A stretch of DNA of 32,000 nt from Azospirillum brasilense (GTDB lineage Bacteria; Pseudomonadota; Alphaproteobacteria; Azospirillales; Azospirillaceae): assembly GCF_008365405.1 (NCBI RefSeq), contig NZ_QOKV01000001.1:411333-443332 (forward strand), read 5' to 3'. The position numbers were made by a program, and so were the translations under genes. The first letter of the stretch is position 1. Each line of letters opens with the position of its first letter. Of the stretch, positions 22,237 through 30,942 are shown piece after piece. The notes under the pieces were generated by a model. The model was not told the DNA's origin, ran no database searches, and worked only from the letters and a program-made list of their open reading frames with translations.

Positions 22237-23547
22237 ATGGCCGACGCCAAGTTCCTCAAGTTCGACACGCTGAGCCTGCACGCCGGCCAGCGGCCCGACC
22301 CGGCCACCGGGGCGCGGGCGGTGCCGATCTACCAATCCACGTCCTACGTCTTCGACGACACCGACCACGCCGCCTCGCTGTTCAACCTGGAACGGCCGGG
22401 GCACATCTATTCCCGCATCTCCAACCCCACAGTGGCGGTGCTGGAGGAGCGGCTGGCGGCTCTGGACGGCGGTGTCGGCGCGATCTGCACGGCCAGCGGC
22501 CAAGCGGCGCTGACGCTCGCCATCATGACGCTGATGGACGCCGGCGGGCACATCGTCGCCTCCTCGTCGATCTACGGCGGCAGCCGCAACCTGCTGGCCT
22601 ACACGCTGCCGCGATTCGGCATCACCACGACCTTCGTGAATCCGCGCGACCTCGACGGCTTCCGTGCGGCCATCCGGCCGGAGACTCGGCTGCTGTTCGG
22701 CGAGGTGCTGGGCAATCCGGGGCTGGAGGTGCTCGACATCCCCCGCCTGTCCGCCATCGCGCATGACGCTGGCTTGCCGCTGATGGTCGATGCGACCTTC
22801 GTCACGCCCTACCTGTGCAAGCCGTTGAGTTTCGGCGCCGATCTGGTCATGCATTCCTGCACCAAGTGGCTGGCCGGGCACGGCGTCGCCATCGGCGGGG
22901 CGGTGATCGACGGCGGCACCTTCGACTGGGAGGTGTCCGGCAAGTTTCCGACCCTGACCGAGCCCTACGCCGGCTATCACGGCATCGACTTCGCGGAGGA
23001 GTATGGGCCGGCGGCCTTCATCATGCGCGCCCGCGCCGAGGGCCTGCGCGACTTCGGCGCCTGCATGAGCCCGATGAACGCGTTCCAGATCCTCCAGGGC
23101 GTGGAAACCCTCCCGCTGCGCATGAAGGGCCACATCCACAACACCCGCAAGGTGCTGGGCTTCCTCGAATCGGAGGCCTACGCGGAGAACGGCAGCGTCG
23201 CCTGGGTCACCCATCCGGAACTGCCCGATCATCCCGACCACCGGCTGCGCGCCCAGCTCCTGCCGCACGGCGCCGGCTCGATCATCTCCTTCGGCATCAA
23301 AGGCGGGCGGGCAGCCGGGCGGCGCTTCATCGAGAAGCTGGCGCTGTTCTCCCACCTCGCCAACGTCGGCGACGCCAAGTCGCTGGTCATCCACCCCGCC
23401 AGCACCACCCACGCCCAACTCGACGCCGAGGCGCTCGCAGCCGCCGGGGTGGGGGAGGACATGATCCGCCTGTCCATCGGGCTGGAGGATTGCGACGACC
23501 TGATCGACGATCTGCGCCAGGCGCTGCGCGCCGCCACCAAGGCGTGA
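22237..23547 (+). CDS. O-acetylhomoserine aminocarboxypropyltransferase/sulfhydrylase-like (Cys/Met metabolism PLP enzyme)
   Basis: KFDTLSLHAGQRPDPATGARAVPIYQSTSYVFDDTDHAASLFNLERPGHIYSRISNPTVAVLEERLAALDGG...LVMHSCTKWLAGHGVAIGG (PLP Lys)...SLVIHPASTTHAQL; ATG at 22237. Confidence 0.93.
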   Translation: MADAKFLKFDTLSLHAGQRPDPATGARAVPIYQSTSYVFDDTDHAASLFNLERPGHIYSRISNPTVAVLEERLAALDGGVGAICTASGQAALTLAIMTLMDAGGHIVASSSIYGGSRNLLAYTLPRFGITTTFVNPRDLDGFRAAIRPETRLLFGEVLGNPGLEVLDIPRLSAIAHDAGLPLMVDATFVTPYLCKPLSFGADLVMHSCTKWLAGHGVAIGGAVIDGGTFDWEVSGKFPTLTEPYAGYHGIDFAEEYGPAAFIMRARAEGLRDFGACMSPMNAFQILQGVETLPLRMKGHIHNTRKVLGFLESEAYAENGSVAWVTHPELPDHPDHRLRAQLLPHGAGSIISFGIKGGRAAGRRFIEKLALFSHLANVGDAKSLVIHPASTTHAQLDAEALAAAGVGEDMIRLSIGLEDCDDLIDDLRQALRAATKA

Positions 23548-23557
23548 GGAGGCTGCC

Positions 23558-24355
23558 ATGGACCTGACCGTCAACGGCCAAACCGTCTACGCCCACACCG
23601 GCGGGCGGCCTTTCGATCCGGCCCGGCCGGCGTTGGTGCTGATTCACGGCGCCGGCATGGACCACACGGTGTGGAGTCTGCAAAGCCGCTACCTCGCCCA
23701 TCACGGGCGGTCGGTCCTGGCGGTGGATCTGCCGGGCCATGGCCGGTCCGGCGGGGCGCCGCTGCCCTCCATCGATGAACTGGCGGACTGGATCGTAGCT
23801 CTGCTGGACGCAGTGGGTGTGGCGAAGGCGGCGCTTGCCGGCCATTCCATGGGTGCCCTGGTGGCCTTGGAAGCCGCGGCGCGGCACGAAAACCGAGTCG
23901 AGTCGCTGGCCCTGCTGGGCGTGGCGGAGACGATGCCGGTTCATCCGGATCTTCTGGCCGCCGCGGCGCTGAACGACCCGTCTGCCATCGAACTGGTCAT
24001 CGGCTGGGGGCATGGGCCGCGCGGGCATGTCGGCGGCGCGGCGGCGCCCGGACTGTCGCTGCTCCCCGGCGGGCGGCGATTGATGCAGCGGGCCCGCCCC
24101 GGCGTGCTGGGCGTCGATTTGGGCGCTTGCAACGCCTACGTCCGCGGCGCTGAGGCGGCGGCGGCGGTGTCCTGCCCGGCGCTGTTCCTGCTGGGCGGAG
24201 CCGACCGTATGACTCCGGCAAAATCCGGCAAGGCTCTCTCCGCCAAGGTTAGGCATTCCGAAGTTATCATGCTGTCCGGTATAGGCCATATGGTTATGAC
24301 GGAAGCGCCAGACGCAACCACAGATGCCATTGCAGCGCAGTTCTCTGCGCGCTGA
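23558..24355 (+). CDS. Alpha/beta fold hydrolase
   Basis: VLIHGAGMDHTVWSLQSRYLAHHGRSVLAVDLPGHGRSGGAPL...AKAALAGHSMGALVALEAAARH (GHSMG nucleophile elbow)...LFLLGGADRMTP...IGHMVMTEAPD. Confidence 0.92.
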   Translation: MDLTVNGQTVYAHTGGRPFDPARPALVLIHGAGMDHTVWSLQSRYLAHHGRSVLAVDLPGHGRSGGAPLPSIDELADWIVALLDAVGVAKAALAGHSMGALVALEAAARHENRVESLALLGVAETMPVHPDLLAAAALNDPSAIELVIGWGHGPRGHVGGAAAPGLSLLPGGRRLMQRARPGVLGVDLGACNAYVRGAEAAAAVSCPALFLLGGADRMTPAKSGKALSAKVRHSEVIMLSGIGHMVMTEAPDATTDAIAAQFSAR

Positions 24356-24453
24356 GCCTGTTGTTTCTTCGTTGATTGGAATGGCGTCATGAATCGTTAA
24401 CGGATTGACGTCTTACTGTTCTGTGTTGGAGCGGCGATGCGGAATGGTGTTCT

Positions 24454-26346
24454 GTGCGGAGTCTTGAGCGGTATGTTCATGCGCTGATGGCGAACGCCGG
24501 CGATGTCGTCGCCGTGATGTCGTCGGACGGTCGGTTCGCCGATGTGGGAGCCGCGTCGCCTCGCGTGCTGGGATCGCCGCCGGAGGCGCTGCTGGGGACG
24601 CTCGTCCTGGATTGCGTCCATCCGGACGACCGGGACGACGTTGCCCGGCGTTTCGCCTTGTGCGGCCATGGGGCATGCACCGAAGCCGGTCGCCCGTTCC
24701 CCTGCCGGCTGCGCCACGCGGCCGGTGGCTGGCGTCACATGGAGATGACGGTGCAAAACGGGCTGGACGACCCCCACGTCCAGGGTATCGTCATCCACGC
24801 CCGTGACGTGACCGACCGGGTGGAGGCCGAACAACGACTGCGGGCGAGCGAAACGCTCTACCAGACGCTGGCCCGCTCGGCCCCGGTCGGCATTTTCCAG
24901 ACGGACCGCGACGGCGGTATCGTCTTCGCCAACCCGCGCTTCGCCGCCATCGCCGGGCTGTCTCCCGATGCGCTGTCCGGCCATGCCTGGCGCACGTCGC
25001 TGCATCCGGACGACCGATCCCGGTTGGAGGCGGATTGGGCGCAGGCCGTGGCGTCGGGTCGGCCGGTTCTGCTGAATCTTCGGTTTTGCGGGGCCGATGG
25101 CACGGTCACCTTCGCCCTGTGCCAGGGCTCGCCGCTGAGCGACATGGATGGGCGGGTGATGGGCTGTGTCGGCACGCTGACCGACATGACCGAATATGTG
25201 CGGACCGCCGACGCCCTGCTGATGGCGGAGGCCCGGACCAACGCCATCGTGGATGCCGCAGCCGATGCCATCGTCACCATGGATGGGGAGGGCATTGTCC
25301 ACAGCTTCAACCCGGCGGCGGAGGCGATGTTCGGCATTACGGCGGCCGACATGCTGTGGAGCCGGATCGACCGGCTGATCCCGGACATCGGCGCGCTGCT
25401 TCAGGATGGCGGGTTGGCCGTTTACCAGCCCGGCGGCGAAGCTCATGGGGCCGGGGCCGTGCGGGAGGCCGTGGCGGTGCGGGGCGGCGACGGCAACCGC
25501 TTTCCCATCGAGGTTTCGGTCAGCGCGGTCGAGACGGGCGGGCGGCGCGTCTTCACCGGCATCATCCGCGACATCACCGCGCGCAAGCGGACCGAAAGCG
25601 ACCTGATCGCCGCCAAGGAAGCGGCCGAGTCGGCGGACCGCACCAAGTCGACCTTCCTCCAGATCATGAGCCATGAGTTGCGCACCCCGCTGAACGCGGT
25701 CATCGGGTTCGCCCAGGTGATCGAGATGCGACTGCTGGGCGCGGGGGAGGTGGACCGCTACATCGACTACGCCGGCTCGATCCGCCAGTCGGGCGAACAT
25801 CTGCTGGCGATCATCGACGACATCCTGGACATCACGACCATCGAGGCCGGAGGGCTGCGGCTGAACGAAACTCCCGTCGATCCGTCCGCACTGGTGGGGG
25901 AGGCGCTGAATCTCGTCGCCATCCAATCGGGCAAACGCGGCGTGCCGATTCGCATCGACCTGGAGGATGGCCTGCCGACGCTGTTCGGCGACGCGCTGCG
26001 CCTGCGGCAGGTGCTGGTGAATCTGTTGTCGAACGCCGTGAAATTCTCCAATCCCGGTGAACCCGCCGCCATCCGCGTCCGGCGGGGGGGCGACGGTGGG
26101 CTGGAACTGTCGGTGACGGACACCGGAATCGGCATCGCGGCGGAGGATCTGCCGAAGGCGATGACCCCCTTCGTCCAGGTCGATCAGTCCATGGCGCGGC
26201 GCTACGAGGGAATGGGGCTCGGCCTGTCCATCTCGAAGCGGCTGGTCGAGGCGCATGGCGGGACATTGCGCATCGATAGTGCGCCGGGGAAGGGGACCGC
26301 CGTGACCGTGGCCTTGCCGCCGAGCCGGATCAAGGGCGAGGCGTGA
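24454..26346 (+). CDS. PAS-domain sensor histidine kinase
   Basis: Three PAS-like segments, then FLQIMSHELRTPLNAVIGFAQVIEMRLLG (H-box), VLVNLLSNAVKFSNPG (N-box), DTGIGIAAEDLPKAMTPFVQVD, GLGLSISKRLVEAHGGTLRIDSAPGKGT (G-boxes). GTG start at 24454; no receiver domain seen. Confidence 0.94.
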   Translation: MRSLERYVHALMANAGDVVAVMSSDGRFADVGAASPRVLGSPPEALLGTLVLDCVHPDDRDDVARRFALCGHGACTEAGRPFPCRLRHAAGGWRHMEMTVQNGLDDPHVQGIVIHARDVTDRVEAEQRLRASETLYQTLARSAPVGIFQTDRDGGIVFANPRFAAIAGLSPDALSGHAWRTSLHPDDRSRLEADWAQAVASGRPVLLNLRFCGADGTVTFALCQGSPLSDMDGRVMGCVGTLTDMTEYVRTADALLMAEARTNAIVDAAADAIVTMDGEGIVHSFNPAAEAMFGITAADMLWSRIDRLIPDIGALLQDGGLAVYQPGGEAHGAGAVREAVAVRGGDGNRFPIEVSVSAVETGGRRVFTGIIRDITARKRTESDLIAAKEAAESADRTKSTFLQIMSHELRTPLNAVIGFAQVIEMRLLGAGEVDRYIDYAGSIRQSGEHLLAIIDDILDITTIEAGGLRLNETPVDPSALVGEALNLVAIQSGKRGVPIRIDLEDGLPTLFGDALRLRQVLVNLLSNAVKFSNPGEPAAIRVRRGGDGGLELSVTDTGIGIAAEDLPKAMTPFVQVDQSMARRYEGMGLGLSISKRLVEAHGGTLRIDSAPGKGTAVTVALPPSRIKGEA

Positions 26347-26431
26347 CGAGGGCGGCAGCGACTTCCGAAGAACGCAAGAACGGCGCCCCGGTTTCCCGGG
26401 ACGCCGTGTGGATGTGTGCAGTGCCTTGCGG

Positions 26432-26893
26432 TTACGCGGCCTGCTGGGTCAGCGCGGGCTTCGCCGTGCCGTTGGTGCCGATCTGAATGGTCCGCGGCTT
26501 CATCGTTTCCGGCACCTCGCGCACCAGATCGATGTGGAGCAGCCCGTTCAGCAGATTGGCGTTGCCCACCTTGATGAAGTCGGCAAGCTGAAAGCGGCGC
26601 TCGAAAGCGCGGCCGGCAATACCCCGGTAGAGGAATTGGCCGGTCTCCTGTTCCTTCTTAGCTTTCCCTGTGACCACCAGAGAGTTCTGCTGAGCGGTGA
26701 TCTCCAGGTCCTCCGGGCCAAAGCCGGCGACGGCCATGGTGATCCGGTAAGCGTCGTCGCCCGTCTTCTCGATGTTGTAGGGCGGGTAGGACGCGGCGGC
26801 CTCGTCGCCGGTCATCGCGTTCTCCAGGAGACGCGAGAGGCGGTCGAACCCGACGGTCGAACGGAACAGCGGCGAAAGGTCGTAGGAGCGCAT
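26432..26893 (-). CDS. Small heat shock protein, Hsp20/IbpA family
   Basis: MRSYDLSPLFRSTVGFDRLSRLLENAM...YPPYNIEKTGDDAYRITMAVAGFGPEDLEITAQQNSLVVTGKAKKE...FLYRGIAGRAFERRFQLADFIKVGNANLLNGLLHIDLVREVPE. ATG at 26893 with GGAGG 7 nt upstream. Confidence 0.95.
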   Translation of the reverse strand: MRSYDLSPLFRSTVGFDRLSRLLENAMTGDEAAASYPPYNIEKTGDDAYRITMAVAGFGPEDLEITAQQNSLVVTGKAKKEQETGQFLYRGIAGRAFERRFQLADFIKVGNANLLNGLLHIDLVREVPETMKPRTIQIGTNGTAKPALTQQAA

Positions 26894-26951
26894 GACATAT
26901 CCTCCGAAAGAGCGATACAGCGATCGGGGACCACGATCATCGTCGGTCCCC
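26894..26951 (-). promoter_or_regulatory. ROSE-like RNA thermometer in the Hsp20 5'UTR
   Basis: RNA sense: UAUC-G(bulge)-CUC-UUUCG-GAGGAUA (26917 to 26898) pairs the Shine-Dalgarno in 7 bp with one bulged G and contains the UYGCU motif (UCGCU); preceded by hairpin GGGGAC-CG-ACGA-UGA-UCGU-G-GUCCCC (26951 to 26926). Confidence 0.75.
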
Positions 26952-27001
26952 CGGCTTGCGGTTCCGGCGAACCCCAACTGGGCGTCCGCCGACACCGCGA
27001 C

Positions 27002-27029
27002 AGATAAGCGAGTGCCCTCAGCGTTCAAG
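27002..27029 (-). promoter_or_regulatory. Candidate heat-shock (RpoH-like) promoter of the Hsp20 gene
   Basis: Minus strand CTTGAA (27029 to 27024), 15-nt spacer, CTTATCT (27008 to 27002); also readable as TTGAAC-N16-TATCTG. Confidence 0.45.
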
Positions 27030-27169
27030 AGGGCGCTTTTTGAAAATCGCCGGGCCGCGCCGCTGCCGTCCATAGGGCGGACGGCGGGGGTCCATAGCCA
27101 CTCATCGATTGTTAATCAGTTGCGCCGAGGCTCGGAATCGGGCCATCCGGCCGCGGGAGGGGTACGGCC

Positions 27170-27580
27170 GTGATGGAAACACCGACCTTCTTCAACGGGA
27201 CTTATGATGAGACGATGGCGCTGCTGATCGAGGCGCGCAATTACATCGCCTATCATGACGCCGCCAGCCACCGGGCGCTGCCGCCCCATGTCCGGCTTCA
27301 GATCTCGTACGAATCGATGCGGGTGACCAGCCGGCTGACCCAGGTCATGGCCTGGCTGCTGGCGCAGAAGGCCGTCCATGCCGGGGAGATGACCCGCGAG
27401 CAGGCGGCGAGCGACGATTTCGCCCTGTCGGGCGGGGACATCTGCACCGATCCCTCCGGCCCGGACAACGAGCAGCTTCCGGACGGTCTGCGCAGCCTTC
27501 TGGAGCGCAGCCACCGGCTCTACATGCGCGTCGCCCGGCTGGACGAGCGCGCCCGCGACGCGGTGGCGATGGCCGGCTGA
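27170..27580 (+). CDS. rcdA: DUF1465 family protein, RcdA-like (regulator of CtrA degradation)
   Basis: FFNGTYDETMALLIEARNYIAYHD...LQISYESMRVTSRLTQVMAWLLAQKAVHAGEMTREQA...LPDGLRSLLERSHRLYMRVARLDERA, the DUF1465/RcdA pattern. Confidence 0.8.
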   Translation: MMETPTFFNGTYDETMALLIEARNYIAYHDAASHRALPPHVRLQISYESMRVTSRLTQVMAWLLAQKAVHAGEMTREQAASDDFALSGGDICTDPSGPDNEQLPDGLRSLLERSHRLYMRVARLDERARDAVAMAG

Positions 27581-27623
27581 CGGCCGGCTTCCCGACAAAC
27601 CGCAAACAGAAGCCGCAAACGCG

Positions 27624-27656
27624 AAAAGGGCGCCCGGCGAACCGGACGCCCCTTTT
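27624..27656. terminator. Bidirectional intrinsic terminator between rcdA-like gene and rpmE
   Basis: AAAA-GGGCG-C-CCGG-CGAA-CCGG-A-CGCCC-C-TTTT in a convergent intergenic region. Confidence 0.85.
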
Positions 27657-27676
27657 CGTTTTGCGGACGAAGAAGG

Positions 27677-27901
27677 TTACTTCTTCAGGCCGAAGCTCGC
27701 GAAGCGCTTGTTGAACTTGGCGATCTGGCCGCCCGTGTCCAGCAGCTTCTGCACGCCGGTCCAAGCCGGGTGCGACTTCGGGTCGATGTCGAGGCGCAGC
27801 GTATCGCCCGGCTTGCCCATCGTGGAGCGGGTCTTGAACGTGCTGCCGTCGGTCATCACCACGTTGATCTCGTGGTAGTCGGGATGGATATCAGTCTTCA
27901 T
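27677..27901 (-). CDS. rpmE: 50S ribosomal protein L31 (form lacking the zinc CxxC motif)
   Basis: [71 protein letters not shown]; ATG at 27901. Confidence 0.96.
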   Translation of the reverse strand: MKTDIHPDYHEINVVMTDGSTFKTRSTMGKPGDTLRLDIDPKSHPAWTGVQKLLDTGGQIAKFNKRFASFGLKK

Positions 27902-28140
27902 GGCCGGGGTTCCTGCAAAGCGAGCGCGGTCTATAGCAAAGCATGCGGCATGATGCAACCGCGTTCCTGCGCCGGAATGGCGGGTGTTCCCGAACCACCG
28001 CCGCTTTGCTGTGCCGCCCCATCATTCACCACGAGGACACGGATGCACAGAGAACTGGAGCGCTTCCGGAGCGGGGTGGCGCTGGCCGGTTCACTGTGTC
28101 TTCGTGCCGCCGCGGTTTGATCCGGCGGCCACACCATACC

Positions 28141-28169
28141 TTGTTCATAGGCCTCCCCCTTGCTATATG
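28141..28169 (+). promoter_or_regulatory. Candidate sigma70-type promoter for the ABC exporter gene
   Basis: TTGTTC (28141-28146), 17-nt spacer, TATATG (28164-28169), about 67 nt upstream of GTG 28236. Confidence 0.5.
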
Positions 28170-28235
28170 CCGAGCTTGCCCCCGTGCACCGTCTGCACAT
28201 CGTCCTGCCGCCCGTCCTGCCGCTGGGGAGCCTCG

Positions 28236-30065
28236 GTGTCCCGTCATTCGTCGAAATCCCATCCGGTGTCCGAAGGGGCGCCCTCTGCCGCATCGCGCCG
28301 CAACCTGTCGCCGCTGCGCCGGCTGTTTCCCTTTCTGTGGCCGTATCGGCTGCAGATCCTGGGTGCCATGCTGGCCCTGACCGTGGCCGCCGGGACCGTC
28401 CTGGGGCTGGGGCAGGGGATGCGCGTCCTGGTGGACCAGGGCTTCGTCGCGGGTGACTCGGCGCTGCTCGACCGGGCGCTCCTCGTCCTGCTGGTGGTCA
28501 TCGTGCTGATGGCCGCCTCGACCTTCGGGCGCTTCTATCTGGTGAGTTGGATCGGCGAGCGGGTGGTGGCCGACATCCGCCGCGCCGTCTACAACCACGT
28601 GGTGAAGCTCTCTCCCGGCTTCTTCGAGACCACCAAGACCGGCGAGATCCTGACGCGCCTGACCACCGACACCGAGGTGCTTCAGACCGTGGTCGGCTCC
28701 TCCGTCTCCATCGCGCTGCGCAACACGCTGATGTTCGTGGGCGGCACGGCGATGCTGCTGGTGACCTCGCCGAAGCTGGCCGGACTGGTGTTCCTGGGCG
28801 TGCCGGTGGTCATCCTGCCGATCATCATCCTGGGGCGGCGGGTGCGTGCCCTGTCGCGGGCCAGCCAGGACAAAATCGCCGACCTCGGCTCCTTCGTCGA
28901 GGAGACGCTGGGCGCCATCCGCACCATGCAGGCCTACACGCACGAGGCCATTGACCGCAGCCTGTTCGGCGGGCGGGTCGAGGACGCCTTCGCCACCGCC
29001 CGGCGGCGGGTGACGGTGCGCGCCATCATGACGATGATCGTCATCGTGCTGGTGTTCGGTTCGGTCGGCCTGATCCTGTGGATCGGCGGGCACGACGTGC
29101 TGGCCGGGCGGCTGACGGTGGGGCAGCTCTCGGCCTTCGTCATCTACTCGGTGGTTGTCGCCGGTTCGGTCGGGGCGATCAGCGAGGTGGCCGGCGACCT
29201 CCAGCGCGCCGCCGGCGCCACGGAACGGCTGTTCGACCTGCTGGACACCGAGCCGGAGATCCGCGCCCCGGCCAACCCGCGCGCCCTGCCGGACCCGGCC
29301 CAGGGGGCGCTGTCCTTCCGCGATGTGCGGTTTCACTACCCGTCGCGCCCGGACTGGGCGGCGCTGAAGGATTTCTCGCTGGAGATCGAGCCGGGGGAAA
29401 CGGTGGCCCTGGTCGGCCCGTCGGGCTCCGGCAAATCCACGGTGTTCCAGCTTCTGCTGCGCTTCTACGACCCGCAGGCCGGGGCGGTCGCCCTGGACGG
29501 GGTGGACGTCCGCGACGCCGACCCGGTGGAGGTGCGGCGGCGGCTCGGCCTCGTGGCGCAGGACCCGGTGGTCTTCTCCGCCAACGCCTGGGAGAACATC
29601 CGCTACGGGCGTCCGGACGCCAGCGACGCGGAGGTGCTCGCCGCCGCCGAGGCCGCCCACGCGCTGGAGTTCCTGCAGGCCTTGCCGGAAGGGCTGGACA
29701 CCTTCCTCGGCGAGAAGGGCGTGCGCCTGTCCGGTGGGCAGCGTCAGCGCCTGTCCATCGCGCGGGCCATCCTGCGCGACCCGCCGGTGCTGCTGCTCGA
29801 CGAGGCGACCAGCGCGCTCGACGCGGAAAGCGAGCGCATGGTGCAGGACGCGCTGGACAAGCTGATGACCCGGCGCACCACGATCATCATCGCCCACCGG
29901 CTGGCGACCGTCCTGAACGCCGACCGGATCGTGGTGATGGAGCAGGGGCGCGTCGTCGCCACCGGGCGCCACGCCGACCTCGTCCGTGAGGGCGGCCTCT
30001 ACGCCCGCCTCGCGGCGCTCCAGTTCGACCGTGCGGCGGACGAGGCCGGGCTGGTCGGCGGCTAG
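28236..30065 (+). CDS. ABC transporter, fused transmembrane and ATP-binding domains (MsbA/exporter-like)
   Basis: Six-TM exporter domain, then GPSGSGKSTVFQLLLRFYDPQAG (Walker A), LSGGQRQRLSIARAIL signature, PPVLLLDEATSALDAESE (Walker B), IIIAHRLATV. GTG 28236 chosen (preceded by GGGGAG); track ORF begins at 27984. Confidence 0.94.
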   Translation: MSRHSSKSHPVSEGAPSAASRRNLSPLRRLFPFLWPYRLQILGAMLALTVAAGTVLGLGQGMRVLVDQGFVAGDSALLDRALLVLLVVIVLMAASTFGRFYLVSWIGERVVADIRRAVYNHVVKLSPGFFETTKTGEILTRLTTDTEVLQTVVGSSVSIALRNTLMFVGGTAMLLVTSPKLAGLVFLGVPVVILPIIILGRRVRALSRASQDKIADLGSFVEETLGAIRTMQAYTHEAIDRSLFGGRVEDAFATARRRVTVRAIMTMIVIVLVFGSVGLILWIGGHDVLAGRLTVGQLSAFVIYSVVVAGSVGAISEVAGDLQRAAGATERLFDLLDTEPEIRAPANPRALPDPAQGALSFRDVRFHYPSRPDWAALKDFSLEIEPGETVALVGPSGSGKSTVFQLLLRFYDPQAGAVALDGVDVRDADPVEVRRRLGLVAQDPVVFSANAWENIRYGRPDASDAEVLAAAEAAHALEFLQALPEGLDTFLGEKGVRLSGGQRQRLSIARAILRDPPVLLLDEATSALDAESERMVQDALDKLMTRRTTIIIAHRLATVLNADRIVVMEQGRVVATGRHADLVREGGLYARLAALQFDRAADEAGLVGG

Positions 30066-30129
30066 AAAGCCCTCCGCCCTTCGGACGCCGTGGCCGGAAC
30101 CCGTCCGCGCTTGCGGCGGTTGTCGAGCC

Positions 30130-30927
30130 ATGTCCACAGACGCGGCGCATCTTCCTTCACCGGCACGGGCGGCAGCGGGGCTTCCCTGGGCGGGATACCT
30201 GCTGGGTTTCGCGCTCGGCGGCTTTTTCGACGGAATCCTGCTGCATCAGGTTCTGCAATGGCATCACCTGCTATCGGCGGTCGAGTCCTCCGCCGTTCAG
30301 GACATCCGCGTCCAGATCCTGGCGGACGGCCTGTTCCACGCGGCGATGTACCTCATCGCGGCGGGCGGCCTGTGGCTGCTGTGGCGGAGCCGGCGCCGCT
30401 TCGCCGAGCCAGGGGCGGATCGTCTCCTCTTCGCCAACGCCCTGATCGGCTTCGGCGTCTGGCACATCCTCGACGGTGTCCTGTCCCATTGGATTCTCGG
30501 CATCCACCGCATCCGCATGGACTCGGCGAACCCGCTGCTCTGGGACCTGCTGTGGTTCGTCGTCTTCGGCGTCGCCGTTGTCGCGGCGGGCTGGCGGCTG
30601 CGGAGCGGCGGGGGAGCGGATGGCGGTGGCCGCGCCGCGCCGGTCGCCCTGACGCTGGCGGTTCTGATCGCCGGGCCGGTCGCCGCTCTGCCGCCGCCGG
30701 GCGTGAGCACGGTGATGGTGCTGTTCAAGCCCGGCACGACGGCGCCGGACGTGTTCGCTGCCGTAGCGGCGGTGGACGGGCGGACGGTCTGGCAGGACCC
30801 CTCCGGCCAGCTCTGGGCCATCGACCTGGGTGAGAAGGGCAATCCGACGACACTTTACCGGTACGGGGCCCTGCTGGTCAGCAACACACTGCTGCCGACC
30901 GGTTGTCTCGACTGGTTCCGGACCTGA
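30130..30927 (+). CDS. DUF2243 domain membrane protein with soluble C-terminal extension
   Basis: GYLLGFALGGFFDGILLHQVLQWHHLLSAVES...GLFHAAMYLIAAGGLWLLWRS...FGVWHILDGVLSHWILGIHRIRMDSANPLLWDLLWFVVFG; ATG at 30130. Confidence 0.85.
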   Translation: MSTDAAHLPSPARAAAGLPWAGYLLGFALGGFFDGILLHQVLQWHHLLSAVESSAVQDIRVQILADGLFHAAMYLIAAGGLWLLWRSRRRFAEPGADRLLFANALIGFGVWHILDGVLSHWILGIHRIRMDSANPLLWDLLWFVVFGVAVVAAGWRLRSGGGADGGGRAAPVALTLAVLIAGPVAALPPPGVSTVMVLFKPGTTAPDVFAAVAAVDGRTVWQDPSGQLWAIDLGEKGNPTTLYRYGALLVSNTLLPTGCLDWFRT

Positions 30928-30942
30928 CGCGGCGGCGCCCGG

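Noticed and set aside
22117-23574. 485-aa antisense ORF opposite the sulfhydrylase-like gene
   Set aside because: Shadow ORF; sense strand has clear PLP-enzyme motifs.
24397-26256. 619-aa antisense ORF opposite the histidine kinase
   Set aside because: Shadow ORF; all kinase boxes are on the plus strand.
28026-30137. 703-aa antisense ORF opposite the ABC exporter
   Set aside because: Shadow ORF; Walker and signature motifs lie on the plus strand.
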